DNA from: Candidatus Magasanikiibacteriota bacterium
GTDB taxonomy: Bacteria > Patescibacteriota > Patescibacteriia > Magasanikbacterales > UBA922
Assembly: GCA_021648085.1 (NCBI GenBank)
Contig: JAKITS010000001.1
Location: 260,948-324,947, forward strand
Direction of reading: 5' to 3'
Length of the DNA: 64,000 nt
Shown here one piece after another: positions 9,827-19,940 of the stretch. Each line of letters begins with the position of its first letter. Within the stretch, counting starts at the first letter, position 1. The position numbers and the translations under genes are program-made. The notes below the pieces were generated by a model. The model worked only from the letters and a program-made list of their open reading frames with translations, was not told the DNA's origin and did not search any database.

Positions 9827-10192
9827 ATGAGCTTAATGCAAATGTACAAAGAAAATATCTTGTATCTTTATAAGAACCCGCTGAATAAAAAAGATTTGGC
9901 TGATTTTGATATTTGTGAAGAAGGATTAAATCCAATGTGTGGAGATGAGGTAAAAATAAAAATCAAATTTGAAAATGACAAAGTTTTTGATGTTGGATTT
10001 CTTGGAGATGGTTGTGCAATTTCGCAAGCCGCAACATCTTTAATTACAGATTTTATAAAAGGAAAAACAAAAGAAGAGATTTCAAAAATAACAGATGAAG
10101 ATGTTTTGGAAATGTTAAACATAGAAATTAGTCATATGAGAATGAAGTGTGCAATGCTTGGAAAAAATACAATTCAAAAAATAATAAAATAG
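9827..10192 (+). CDS. sufU: SufU/IscU-type scaffold or sulfurtransferase
   Basis: NPMCGD, GCAISQA, RMKCAML. Confidence 0.92.
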   Translation: MSLMQMYKENILYLYKNPLNKKDLADFDICEEGLNPMCGDEVKIKIKFENDKVFDVGFLGDGCAISQAATSLITDFIKGKTKEEISKITDEDVLEMLNIEISHMRMKCAMLGKNTIQKIIK

Positions 10193-10194
10193 GT

Positions 10195-10926
10195 ATGCAA
10201 TTAGAAATAAAAAATTTAAAAGTTGAAGTTGAAGGAAGAGAGGTTTTGAAAGGGATTAATTTGGAAATAAAAGCTGGCGAAGTTCACGCAATTATGGGTC
10301 CAAACGGTTCTGGAAAATCTACTTTGAGTTTGGTTTTGGCAGGTCATCCAAAATATAAAATCACAGAGGGTGATATTTTGGTAGACGGAAAATCTATAAA
10401 AACTTTGACTCCAGACAAGCGAGCAAAACTTGGATTATTTTTATCTATGCAAAATTCTCCAGAAGTTGGCGGTGTGACGATTACAAATTTTTTGAGAATG
10501 GCAAAATCATCTTTGACAGGCGTTGCTCAAAACCCAATTAAATTTTATAGAAGTTTGCTAGAAAAAATGAAAGATTTAAATATGGATCCTGCTTTTGCAA
10601 GTCGTTATTTGAATGTCGGATTTTCTGGTGGAGAAAAAAAGAAAGCAGAAGTTTTGCAACTTGCAGTATTGAATCCAAAGTTTGCGATTTTGGATGAAAC
10701 AGATTCTGGATTGGATGTGGACGCTTTAAAAATTGTATCAAATGGAATAAATAAATTTCACAACAAAGAAAATTCAGTTTTGTTGATTACACATTATAAT
10801 AGAATTTTGGAATATGTAAAACCAGATTTTGTACATGTTTTAATGGGTGGAAAAATTATAAAATCTGGAGAAAGAAAATTAGCAAAAGAAGTTGAAAAAG
10901 AAGGTTATAAAAAATATGATAAATAA
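10195..10926 (+). CDS. sufC: Fe-S assembly ATPase SufC
   Basis: GPNGSGKST, FSGGEKK, LDETDSGLDVDAL; start reset to ATG 10195. Confidence 0.95.
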   Translation: MQLEIKNLKVEVEGREVLKGINLEIKAGEVHAIMGPNGSGKSTLSLVLAGHPKYKITEGDILVDGKSIKTLTPDKRAKLGLFLSMQNSPEVGGVTITNFLRMAKSSLTGVAQNPIKFYRSLLEKMKDLNMDPAFASRYLNVGFSGGEKKKAEVLQLAVLNPKFAILDETDSGLDVDALKIVSNGINKFHNKENSVLLITHYNRILEYVKPDFVHVLMGGKIIKSGERKLAKEVEKEGYKKYDK

Positions 10927-11203
10927 AGATCAAATAATTGAAAGGTTGGAAACTGTAATTGATCCAGAATTGAATATAGATATTTATACAATGGGTTTAA
11001 TTTATGATATTCAAATTTTAAATGAAAAGGACGTAAAAGTGATAATGACTTTTACAACTCCAAGCTGTCCAGCAGGTCCAATGCTGATTGGAGAGGTTAA
11101 AAAAGAAATCAAAGTTTTAGGCTTTGAAAATGTAGAAGTGGAAATTACCTTTGATCCAATGTGGAAACCACCTGCAGAATTGCGTGCAGCTTTGGGAATT
11201 TAA
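10916..11203 (+). CDS. sufT: SufT/DUF59 (MIP18-like) Fe-S maturation protein
   Basis: VIDPELNIDIYTMGLIY, MTFTTPSCP. Confidence 0.9.
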   Translation: MINKDQIIERLETVIDPELNIDIYTMGLIYDIQILNEKDVKVIMTFTTPSCPAGPMLIGEVKKEIKVLGFENVEVEITFDPMWKPPAELRAALGI

Positions 11204-11216
11204 ATGTTTTTATTTT

Positions 11217-11492
11217 ATGAAAAAAATCCGTATCTGTAATGGTATTTCTTGCAATAAAAATGGTGCAGAAAGAATAATGAGGAATTATGAGAAAAAATAT
11301 AATTTGAAAGCTGGAGTACAAAATGGTAAAATAGACCTTGATTTTAAAGAATGTGGAGGTGACTGCTGTGGTCTTGTAAATATAAAAAAAGGAGATAAAT
11401 ATTTTTCTGTTTATAAAAGTGGAAAAGAAATGGAGAAAATAAATAAAGATTATAAAATAGATTTAAAAGATAATTTTTTAGGCGATATATAA
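11217..11492 (+). CDS. Thioredoxin-like [2Fe-2S] ferredoxin (divergent)
   Basis: IRICNGISC...ECGGDC cysteine spacing. Confidence 0.55.
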   Translation: MKKIRICNGISCNKNGAERIMRNYEKKYNLKAGVQNGKIDLDFKECGGDCCGLVNIKKGDKYFSVYKSGKEMEKINKDYKIDLKDNFLGDI

Positions 11493-11497
11493 ATAAT

Positions 11498-11758
11498 ATG
11501 GAAGAACAAAAATTTGAAGCTACCAGAAAAACAGGTAAAATTTGTAAAATTGTAATTGATAAAGAAGGTTGTATTGGTGCTCGCTCTTGTGTGGTTGTAG
11601 CGCCAGAAATTTTTAAAATGAATGAAGAGAATATTGCATATATTATAAACCCAGATGCAAGTGATGATGATATTTTGAAAATGTCTGCAGAAGCTTGTCC
11701 AGTTTTGGCAGTTCATCTTTATGATGAGAATGGCAATAAAATATTTCCAAAAGAATAA
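11498..11758 (+). CDS. Monocluster ferredoxin (likely 3Fe-4S)
   Basis: CIGARSC...ACPVLAV. Confidence 0.88.
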   Translation: MEEQKFEATRKTGKICKIVIDKEGCIGARSCVVVAPEIFKMNEENIAYIINPDASDDDILKMSAEACPVLAVHLYDENGNKIFPKE

Positions 11759-11801
11759 TTTTTGGTATATACTTATTTTCTGAATAAAATAGGAGGAAAA
11801 A

Positions 11802-12032
11802 GTGAAGATAAATATACCAAAAGTTCTTTTAACTTCGTCGTTAACCGTATTTTTTAGTTTGTGTTTTGGTGCTACACTTTATATATTTTTGGCATTAACT
11901 TTTCCAAAAGAACATTATTATGTCCCAATTACAAACTTTGAAATTTACGGTCTGTGTGTTGTAGCTTCTTTATGTGCTATTACAACTGGTTTTTTGATAG
12001 GTAGATATACTGCAGGTATAAAATTAAATTAG
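11802..12032 (+). CDS. Hypothetical 2-TM protein (SD-led orphan)
   Basis: AGGAGG SD at 11791-11796, GTG start, downstream hairpin plus T run. Confidence 0.6.
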   Translation: MKINIPKVLLTSSLTVFFSLCFGATLYIFLALTFPKEHYYVPITNFEIYGLCVVASLCAITTGFLIGRYTAGIKLN

Positions 12033-12077
12033 CTCATTTATTTGGGCTATTTTTTTTGAAATAAAAAAAGACAGTGT

Positions 12078-12326
12078 TTACTGCCTTTTTGGACTTCTAC
12101 CTTGGATTTTTTCAAATTCTTCCAATAGTCTCTGCATACATAGAATTGATGTTGTTTGTATTTTTTTCATATTACCTGCAAGCGTTGCTTTTAAAATTTC
12201 AAAAGCAAGATTTTTTAATTCTTCTTCTAACTCCTTATTATCTTTTGTAACGCAGTCAAAAATTACTTGAATAGTTTCCTCATCAATTTCACAAAGTTCA
12301 TCAGAACCTAAAGTGGTTTCACTCAT
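12078..12326 (-). CDS. Hypothetical protein (SD-led orphan)
   Basis: GGAGGA SD just upstream of ATG 12326. Confidence 0.6.
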   Translation of the reverse strand: MSETTLGSDELCEIDEETIQVIFDCVTKDNKELEEELKNLAFEILKATLAGNMKKIQTTSILCMQRLLEEFEKIQGRSPKRQ

Positions 12327-12393
12327 TTTCTCCTCCAAGGTTAGGTTGTTAAGGATCTGCTAAAACTTTACTATATTTTGCGTAAAAAGTCAA
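12327..12393 (-). promoter_or_regulatory. sigma70 promoter + boxA-like leader + SD
   Basis: TTGACT-17-TAAAGT, then GATCCTTAACAA, then GGAGGA. Confidence 0.65.
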
Positions 12394-12487
12394 TGTAATT
12401 GTGTTTAATTTAAAATTCTCAAAAAATACTGGAAAAAATTGGCTAATAATGATAAGTTATAAGAGCTTGTTTTGAAAAAAGAATTAT

Positions 12488-13255
12488 ATGTACAAGTATT
12501 TTTTGGGAGTAAGATTGGACAAGTTGACTAGGAGAATGGCTGGAAAAAAAATTCAGGTTTTTTTGGATGGAAATTCGCAGTATAAAATTTACACGCCAAA
12601 TCCAGAGATGTTGGTGAAAGCTCATGGCGATAAAGGTTTTAGAGAGATTTTGAACAAAGCAGATCTTAATATTTGCGATGGAAAAGGAATTTCTATTTGC
12701 TCTTTTGGGGCTATGCAAAGTATTCCCGGTGTGGATTTTATGTTGGACATTTGTAAAATTATAGAAAAGAAAGATGTAAAAGTTTTTTTGCTGGGAAGCG
12801 ATGATGCAAAAGTTGTCAGAAAAACAGCGCTGAACTTAACAAAAGTTTTTCCAAAATTGGCAATTTCAGATTTTCACGAAGGTCCACAAGTAATAGAAAA
12901 CAAAGATGGAAGTTTGTGGGTTGAGGAGACTGTAAATAATTTGGTTTTGGAAAGAATTAGAAGAAGTAAGGCAGATGTTTTGTTTGTGGCATTTGGGCAC
13001 GGAAAGCAGGAAAAGTGGATAGAAAGATATTTGAAAGAATTGCCAAATGTAAAAATAGTAATGGGTGTGGGTGGAGCTTTTGATTTTATAAGTGGAAGTG
13101 TGGAGCGAGCGCCAGAAATTATGCAGAGCTTTGGTTTGGAATGGTTGTGGAGACTCAAAAATAATCCAAAAAGATGGAAAAGAATTTGGAATGCCGTGAT
13201 TGTTTTTCCTTATTTATATATTACACAATTTAATGAAAATTATGATAAAAACTAG
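12488..13255 (+). CDS. WecB/TagA/CpsF family glycosyltransferase
   Basis: TPNPE, FVAFGHGKQEKWI, MGVGGAFDF, GLEWLWRL. Confidence 0.93.
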   Translation: MYKYFLGVRLDKLTRRMAGKKIQVFLDGNSQYKIYTPNPEMLVKAHGDKGFREILNKADLNICDGKGISICSFGAMQSIPGVDFMLDICKIIEKKDVKVFLLGSDDAKVVRKTALNLTKVFPKLAISDFHEGPQVIENKDGSLWVEETVNNLVLERIRRSKADVLFVAFGHGKQEKWIERYLKELPNVKIVMGVGGAFDFISGSVERAPEIMQSFGLEWLWRLKNNPKRWKRIWNAVIVFPYLYITQFNENYDKN

Positions 13256-14711
13256 ATTTGCGCCAAGTCCGACAGGATTTTTGCATGTGGGTGGTTTGAG
13301 GACTGCACTTTTTGCGTATTTGTTTGCCAGGAAAAACAATGGTAAATTTTTGCTTCGAATTGAAGATACAGATCGCGGTAGACTTGTGGAAGGTGGAGTT
13401 GAAAATATATTGAATTCTTTGCTTTGGGCTGGAATAAAACCAGACGAAGGGGTGAGTTTTGATGAAGATAAAAATATTGTACAAATAGGAAGTTTGGGTA
13501 AATATGTTCAGTCTGAAAGATTGGAAATTTATCATAAATATGTGGATGAATTGTTGGAAAAAGGAAGTGTATACAAATGTTTTTGTAGTACAGAGAGATT
13601 GGCAGAATTGAGAAAAACTCAGCAAGAAAATAGATTACCAACTGGTTATGACGGATGTTGCAAAAAATTATCAGAAGAAGATGTAAATTCAAAAGTGGAG
13701 GCAGGTCAAAAGTTTGTGGTAAGAATGAAAATGCCAGACGCAGGAATTACAAAATTTACAGATTTGGTGCGTGGAGAAATAGAATTTAAAAATGAACTCA
13801 TAGATGATCAGGTTGTTTTGAAGTCAGATGGTTTCCCGACTTACCATTTGGCAGTTGTGGTGGACGACCATTTGATGGAAATTACACACATTTTTCGTGG
13901 AGAAGAGTGGCTTTCTTCAACTCCAAAACATATAGTTTTGTATGAAATGTTTGGTTGGAAAGTTCCACAGTTTGCACATTTATCACTTTTGGTAAATGAA
14001 AAAAAACAAAAACTTTCCAAACGCCACGGTGATGTTTCTGTGACAGATTTCAAAGAAGTAGGATATTTGCCGGAAGCTTTGGTAAACTTTGTTTCATTTT
14101 TGGGTTGGAATCCTGGTGATGAGCGTGAAATTTTTAGTTTATTAGAATTAGAACAAGAATTTTCTGTTGAGAAAATTTCTAAGGCGGCAGCAGTATTTAA
14201 TCGTGAGAAACTAGATTGGTACAATTCTCAATATATAAAAAATTTAAGTAATGAAGAGTTATTAGAAAATGCAGATCCATTTTTGGTAAATGCAAATTTG
14301 AAGAGTTCGGATTTAGAATTTTTGCTAAAAGCTGTGAGTTTGGAAAAGGATAGAGTATCAACACTAAAAGAAATTCCAGAAGCAGTTGCATTTTTGTTTG
14401 CAGAAACTTTGGATTATGATGCAGGCTTGTTAACTTGGAAAAAAAGCACAAAAGAAGATGCAAAAGAAAAATTACAAGAAGTTGTAAAGTTTTTTGAGAC
14501 TTTGGAGAGTGAATATTGGACAACTGAAACTTTAGAGGAAAAAACAAAAGCTTGGATAGGTGAAAAAGGCTACGGAGTGGGGGACGTACTTTGGCCTGTG
14601 AGAGTTGCACTTTCTGGCAAGAAAAATTCACCAAGCCCATTTGAAATTGCAAATGTGTTGGGTAAAGAAAAAACAGTACAAAGGATTTCTGAAGCCATAA
14701 ATAAAATTTAA
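13242..14711 (+). CDS. gltX: Glutamate--tRNA ligase
   Basis: RFAPSPTGFLHVGG, KLSKR; start reset to ATG 13242. Confidence 0.97.
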   Translation: MIKTRFAPSPTGFLHVGGLRTALFAYLFARKNNGKFLLRIEDTDRGRLVEGGVENILNSLLWAGIKPDEGVSFDEDKNIVQIGSLGKYVQSERLEIYHKYVDELLEKGSVYKCFCSTERLAELRKTQQENRLPTGYDGCCKKLSEEDVNSKVEAGQKFVVRMKMPDAGITKFTDLVRGEIEFKNELIDDQVVLKSDGFPTYHLAVVVDDHLMEITHIFRGEEWLSSTPKHIVLYEMFGWKVPQFAHLSLLVNEKKQKLSKRHGDVSVTDFKEVGYLPEALVNFVSFLGWNPGDEREIFSLLELEQEFSVEKISKAAAVFNREKLDWYNSQYIKNLSNEELLENADPFLVNANLKSSDLEFLLKAVSLEKDRVSTLKEIPEAVAFLFAETLDYDAGLLTWKKSTKEDAKEKLQEVVKFFETLESEYWTTETLEEKTKAWIGEKGYGVGDVLWPVRVALSGKKNSPSPFEIANVLGKEKTVQRISEAINKI

Positions 14712-14856
14712 TATAAATCTCAGATTCTCAGTCAAACTAAAAATAACAGATGGAATAATAAGTTAGTCTTTGTTTTAACTATTTAAGATTGGTTATATAT
14801 ATTTTACGATGTTAAGTTTAATATAACATTTTTATTTAATCTGTTTAATTTTTATT

Positions 14857-15300
14857 ATGCACAGAAAAACAATAAAATTTCTAAGAAAAAACTGGAAAAC
14901 AATTTTATATGTTTTTCTAATTGGTTTTGCTATAAATTCTGTCTGGGAAATTTCCCATTCATTTTTGTATTCTTGCGCCGATAACCTCAAAGAACATATA
15001 CCAATGTTAATCCGCGCCACTTTTTGGGATGCAGGATTTATTACAGTTTTGTATTTGTTTATTGCATTTTTGAAAGAAGACATAAATTGGGTAAAAAAGA
15101 TAAATAAAAAAGATATAGTTTTGATTTTATTCATAGGATTTCTGAGTGCTACGGCTGTAGAATTGCATTCATTATATTTGGGAAAGTGGGGTTATAGAGA
15201 ATCTATGCCGTTAGTTCCTTATTTAAAAGTAGGTTTAACTCCATTTTTGCAACTTGCCGTTACTTCGCTTGCGACTTTTTGTATATTTAGGAAATTATGA
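14857..15300 (+). CDS. Hypothetical multi-pass membrane protein
   Basis: 4 TM segments, WEISHSFLY and W.Y...MP...VGLTP motifs; stop overlaps next start. Confidence 0.7.
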   Translation: MHRKTIKFLRKNWKTILYVFLIGFAINSVWEISHSFLYSCADNLKEHIPMLIRATFWDAGFITVLYLFIAFLKEDINWVKKINKKDIVLILFIGFLSATAVELHSLYLGKWGYRESMPLVPYLKVGLTPFLQLAVTSLATFCIFRKL

Positions 15301-16472
15301 GAAAAACACTATTTATTGCGTTATTCATTGGTTTTGTAAATATATTGAGTTTTACGATTATAATTCCAATTATTTATGTGTACGCTCGTGAATATGGATT
15401 GAATAATTTTCAAACTTCACTACTTTTTGGTTTATTTCCTTTGGCACAATTTTTTGCAACTCCTGTGATAGGGAAGTTGGCAGATATTTTTGGTAGAAAG
15501 AAATTATTGGTAATAAGTTTGTTTGGAACTGGAGTCGCAAGTCTTATGACTGCTTTTGCACCGACTGTCTTGTTTTTATTTTTAGCTAGGTTTTTAGATG
15601 GAGTTACTGGAGGAAACAATTCTGTAGCCCAAGCTGTAATTTCTGATATTGTAGAACCTAAAAATCGCGCGAAAATATTTGGAATTTTTGGTGCTATGTT
15701 TGGACTTGGCTTTATTGTTGGGCCTATTTTAAGTTTAGTTTTTGTTAAGTATTCGCTAAATATGCCATACATTGCGTCGGCTCTTTTTGCATTTACAGCA
15801 ATGATTATTACTTTATTTTTTCTTCCAGAAACTTTGAAAAAAATAGACGAAAAAACTAGTGTAAACTGTAAAAAATTATTTAATAAAGAAATTTTTACAG
15901 CTTATAAAATACCAAAACTAGCCCCTTTATTTATTATAAGTTTAGCAAGTGGACTTACTTTTACAATGTTTACTTTTACATTTCAACCTTATATTTTAAA
16001 TGGTTTAGGTGGGACTGTCCAGGATATTACCTACTTACTTATACTTTTTGGAATGGTTAGTATGCTTGTGCAAATTTTTGCTATTGGTCCTATTTCTAAA
16101 AAATTCAAATTAATCTATATTATATCTGTAGCTTTATTTTTGCGTGGAATAACTTTTATATTATTACCAATTATTCCTATTTTTTGGTATTTTGTAGTAG
16201 TTTCTGTTGCTTTGAGTCTTGTAAATCCATTGGTAAAACCCATAATAACAACACTTATAACAAATATATCCGACAGTAAAAGAATAGGGGAGATGCTAGG
16301 TATAAACACTTCTTATTTAAGTTTATCAAACGCAATAGGTCCTGTAATTGGTGGAGTGCTTTTGGGTATAAATTTAAGAGCTCCTTTTATAATCGCAGGC
16401 ATATTTATAATTTTTATAGCATATTTTGCTTTTAGATACAGATTTCATTACATTTCTATTGACAAAAGCTAA
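15297..16472 (+). CDS. MFS transporter (TetA/DHA1-like)
   Basis: GKLADIFGRKK motif A, RFLDGVTGGN, GFIVGP; about 12 TM. Confidence 0.92.
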   Translation: MRKTLFIALFIGFVNILSFTIIIPIIYVYAREYGLNNFQTSLLFGLFPLAQFFATPVIGKLADIFGRKKLLVISLFGTGVASLMTAFAPTVLFLFLARFLDGVTGGNNSVAQAVISDIVEPKNRAKIFGIFGAMFGLGFIVGPILSLVFVKYSLNMPYIASALFAFTAMIITLFFLPETLKKIDEKTSVNCKKLFNKEIFTAYKIPKLAPLFIISLASGLTFTMFTFTFQPYILNGLGGTVQDITYLLILFGMVSMLVQIFAIGPISKKFKLIYIISVALFLRGITFILLPIIPIFWYFVVVSVALSLVNPLVKPIITTLITNISDSKRIGEMLGINTSYLSLSNAIGPVIGGVLLGINLRAPFIIAGIFIIFIAYFAFRYRFHYISIDKS

Positions 16473-16533
16473 AAAATGTGATATTCTAATCTATTAAGTT
16501 TTGTTCATTTAAACTCAAAAAAAGAGGTGGGAG
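16459..16533 (+). promoter_or_regulatory. sigma70 promoter + boxA-like leader + SD
   Basis: TTGACA-17-(TGn)TATTCT, GTTCATTTAAA, GAGGTG. Confidence 0.6.
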
Positions 16534-17220
16534 ATGTCTATCTTTTTATTGGCTTTTGTTGGAATATTTGCACTTTTAGTCCACGAGTTGGGATATGTGT
16601 GGAAAGTAAGGCAAAAAGGAGTCGAAATAAAAGAGTTCGAAATTGGGCTTAAAATTTCTGAAAAACTTTCGTGGAGTTTTACTCCGCGCAAGCATTCTGA
16701 TTTCAAAATTTCTCTGAATCCACTTTTAATAGCTTTTTTTACAAATGTTTTACCAGAAGATATTTCTAAGCTGGAAAGAAAAGACAAGATCTCTATTTTG
16801 AATGCTGGCGTAAAAACTAGTATTTTATATGGATTTTTTGCACTTTGGTTTTCTGGACTTATTTTCATAGTATTTTTTGCTGAAAGCTCCGAAAGTTTAC
16901 AGCATTTTCTAACTATGACTTCTGGATTTATCGCTATTTGGGCAATTACAACAAGCGAAGATGCAAATATTTCTTTTCTTTTGAACATTGTTGCATGTTC
17001 ATTGGTTTTTTTTGGAATCGGAACAGTTTATTTTTCTGGTTTCTATAAAATTACTGAATTTATAATTTTTGGAAGTTCAAAAATAGAAAATATTTTATTT
17101 TTTGAAATTATGCAATTCTTTTCTATCACCTCTATTTTTCTTGCAGGCTTATACAGTTTGCAAAATATAGGTCTCAGTATTGCGTGGGTGGTCAAAATTT
17201 TTAAAATTAACAATACATAA
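16534..17220 (+). CDS. Degenerate site-2 protease (M50/RseP)-like membrane protein
   Basis: LVHELGY (HExxH with the second His replaced), EFEIG, ILNAGV; no NPDG motif. Confidence 0.6.
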   Translation: MSIFLLAFVGIFALLVHELGYVWKVRQKGVEIKEFEIGLKISEKLSWSFTPRKHSDFKISLNPLLIAFFTNVLPEDISKLERKDKISILNAGVKTSILYGFFALWFSGLIFIVFFAESSESLQHFLTMTSGFIAIWAITTSEDANISFLLNIVACSLVFFGIGTVYFSGFYKITEFIIFGSSKIENILFFEIMQFFSITSIFLAGLYSLQNIGLSIAWVVKIFKINNT

Positions 17221-17249
17221 ACGGACAGTTTGAAACTGTCCGTTTTTTT
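17219..17249 (+). terminator. Intrinsic terminator
   Basis: AAACGGACAGTTT-G-AAACTGTCCGTTT followed by T run. Confidence 0.8.
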
Positions 17250-17357
17250 AATTCTCTAAAATAAAAAAGTTTTTAGATAATAAGTTTATTTTTTACATTT
17301 TTTTCTTGTTTTTTAACTATTTCTACGATAGAATAAGAATAAAGAACTTACAAAAAT

Positions 17358-18794
17358 ATGGCATCAACAACAAAAAATACAATGTTTATGATAACAGCTT
17401 CTATTGGTCAGAAGTTGGTTGCTTTTGTTTATTTTACACTTATTGCGCGCCAGCTGGGTGCTGAAGGTGTGGGAATGTATTTTTTCGCGTTATCTTTTAC
17501 CACAATTTTTGTGGTTTTTGTGGATTTGGGCCTAAACAATGTGTTAATTCGTGAAAGCGCAAAATACAAAGAAAAAGCTCAATCATATTTTTCCAATGTT
17601 CTTTTTGCAAAGTTTATTCTTGGAATTTTTGCATATATTGGAGTGATTATTGCAATAAACGCAATGGGTTACGAAATGGATATAAAATCTTTGGTTTATC
17701 TTTCTGGAATTACAATGCTTTTTGATTCACTCCATCTTTCCATTTATGGGATTTTACGAGCATTTGGAAATTTAAAGTACGAAGCAGTTGGAATTGTAAT
17801 GAGTCAAACCATTACATTTATTTTGGGAACTTTTTTCCTTTTCAACGGTTATCCGCTTATATTTTTGATGTTTGCATTTCTAATTCCAAGTATGTTAAAT
17901 GTATTTTATTCTGCAACAGTTTTGTACAAAAAACATAAAATTTCACTGCGTCCAAAATACGACAAAAAAGTTTTTATTCGTCTTATACAAATCGCCATTC
18001 CGTTTGCAATTGCTGCTATTTTTGCGCGGGTTTATTCTTATGCAGATTCCATTTTACTTTCCAAGCTCGCCGGCAACGAAGCAGTGGGTTGGTATAGTAT
18101 TCCATACAAAATCACTTATGCTTTTCAGTTTGTGCCACTTGCTTTTGTGGCTGCACTTTACCCACGCTTTAGTGAATATTTTGTTTCAGACAAAAAGAAA
18201 TTATCAGAATTATTTGAAAAAAGTTTACGATATTTGCTTATTGTGGTTTTTCCAATTTCGGTTGGAATCGCAGTTTTGGCCAAAGATATTATTTTGACAA
18301 TTTATACACCAGAATTTTCAAATTCAATTTTACCTTTGCAGATTTTGGTTGGAAGTTTGATATTTTCGTTTATCAGTTTCCCAATTGGTGCTTTCCTAAA
18401 TGCTTGCGACAGGCAAAAAATACAAACAGTAATTGTTGGTTTTGTAATGGTTGTAAATGTTGGATTAAACTTAATATTAATTCCAATTTACGGAGTTGTT
18501 GGAGCTGCTATTTCTGCTTTGGTTGGAAATATTTTACTTGCAGTTTTGGGTTATACAATTGTGCCACAAGTTATAAAGTTGAAACATTCTAGAATTTTCA
18601 AAATGTTTCTTAAATCCGCCTTTTCAGCTTTAATTATGGGAATTTTTGTATGGTGGACCAACATATATATAAATTTATTTGGTGCAGTTCTGGTTGGAGC
18701 GGTGGTTTATTCTGTCATGGTTTTTGCCACGAAGACAATGACAATTTCACAAGTAAAAGACGCTTATTTTATTTTTAGGAAAAACAAAATATGA
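17358..18794 (+). CDS. Wzx-type polysaccharide flippase
   Basis: IARQLG, DLGL...RE, YADSILL...VGWY; about 14 TM. Confidence 0.9.
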   Translation: MASTTKNTMFMITASIGQKLVAFVYFTLIARQLGAEGVGMYFFALSFTTIFVVFVDLGLNNVLIRESAKYKEKAQSYFSNVLFAKFILGIFAYIGVIIAINAMGYEMDIKSLVYLSGITMLFDSLHLSIYGILRAFGNLKYEAVGIVMSQTITFILGTFFLFNGYPLIFLMFAFLIPSMLNVFYSATVLYKKHKISLRPKYDKKVFIRLIQIAIPFAIAAIFARVYSYADSILLSKLAGNEAVGWYSIPYKITYAFQFVPLAFVAALYPRFSEYFVSDKKKLSELFEKSLRYLLIVVFPISVGIAVLAKDIILTIYTPEFSNSILPLQILVGSLIFSFISFPIGAFLNACDRQKIQTVIVGFVMVVNVGLNLILIPIYGVVGAAISALVGNILLAVLGYTIVPQVIKLKHSRIFKMFLKSAFSALIMGIFVWWTNIYINLFGAVLVGAVVYSVMVFATKTMTISQVKDAYFIFRKNKI

Positions 18795-19897
18795 AGAAAA
18801 CTTTAATAATCACACTAGAATATCCACCACAAATTGGTGGAATTTCTACTTATATTTCTGACTATTCTAAGCATTTGGGTGGAGAGGTTTTTATTTGGGC
18901 TCCAAAAAATAAAGAAGTTATTGAAAAAGAAAATTTATTTCGTGGTGAACCGTATTTTTTACTATTTTGGCCAAAGTGGTTAAAATTATTTTTTCAAATT
19001 AGAAAAATTGTAAAAAAAGAAAAAATAGAATTGATCCATATCCACCATGTGCTTCCAGTTGGTTATATAGCGTATCTTATCCATAAGTTGTACAAGATTC
19101 CATATTTAGTTTTCTTGCACGGCACAGATGTGCAGATGGCGGTGAGGACAAGAAGAAAAAAGAAGTGGTATGCAAAAATTGTAAACAATGCAGAAAAGAT
19201 TGTGGTGAACAGTGAATATTTAAAAACGCAGGCTATAATAAATACAAAAAGTTTAATTGAAAAAACTGTAGTTGTTTATCCTTGTCCAAACAACAAATTC
19301 CTTCAAAATTACGAAGGAGATTTGGAAAAATTAAGAAGCGAATTGGCATTGGGTGGGAAAAAGGTAATTTTGACCGCAAGTAGAATTGCAGAAGGAAAAG
19401 GGCACTCACTTTTCTTGCAGGTTTTACCAGAAATAATAAAAGAAATGCCAAATGTAATTTGGCTTGTGGCAGGTAGCGGAGAAAAAAGCGATGTTTTTTG
19501 GAAGATTGTGCGTGAGAAGAATTTGCAGAATTTTGTAAGATATTTAGGAGATGTTCCAAATGGAGAATTACAAAAATATTATAATTTGGCAGATCTATTT
19601 TTACTTTTAACTCATAAAGACAAAGAAAATAATTTAGAAGAAGGTTTTGGTTTAGTTTTCCTAGAAGCTGGGGCTGTGGGTTTGCCGTCTGTTGCAGGAA
19701 TTAGCGGGGGAGTACAGGAGGCTGTAATAAATAACAAAACAGGTTTTGTGGTAGATGCTTACGATGGAATTTCTGTAAAAAGTGCAGTTATAAGATTATT
19801 GCAAGATGAGGAATTGTCAAAAAGTTTTGGTGAAAATGCAAAAAATAGAGTAGCACAAGAATTTGTGTGGGAAAAACAACTAACAAAAATATTGTAA
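18791..19897 (+). CDS. Glycosyltransferase family 4
   Basis: YPPQIGGI, EEGFGLVFLEA. Confidence 0.92.
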   Translation: MKKTLIITLEYPPQIGGISTYISDYSKHLGGEVFIWAPKNKEVIEKENLFRGEPYFLLFWPKWLKLFFQIRKIVKKEKIELIHIHHVLPVGYIAYLIHKLYKIPYLVFLHGTDVQMAVRTRRKKKWYAKIVNNAEKIVVNSEYLKTQAIINTKSLIEKTVVVYPCPNNKFLQNYEGDLEKLRSELALGGKKVILTASRIAEGKGHSLFLQVLPEIIKEMPNVIWLVAGSGEKSDVFWKIVREKNLQNFVRYLGDVPNGELQKYYNLADLFLLLTHKDKENNLEEGFGLVFLEAGAVGLPSVAGISGGVQEAVINNKTGFVVDAYDGISVKSAVIRLLQDEELSKSFGENAKNRVAQEFVWEKQLTKIL

Positions 19898-19940
19898 AAA
19901 GTAGAAAGTTTATAAAGTCGAAAGTTGAGAAAATATATAT

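Noticed and set aside
14712-14800. Degenerate long hairpin after gltX
   Set aside because: Pairing is weak and AT-rich; cannot be distinguished from chance
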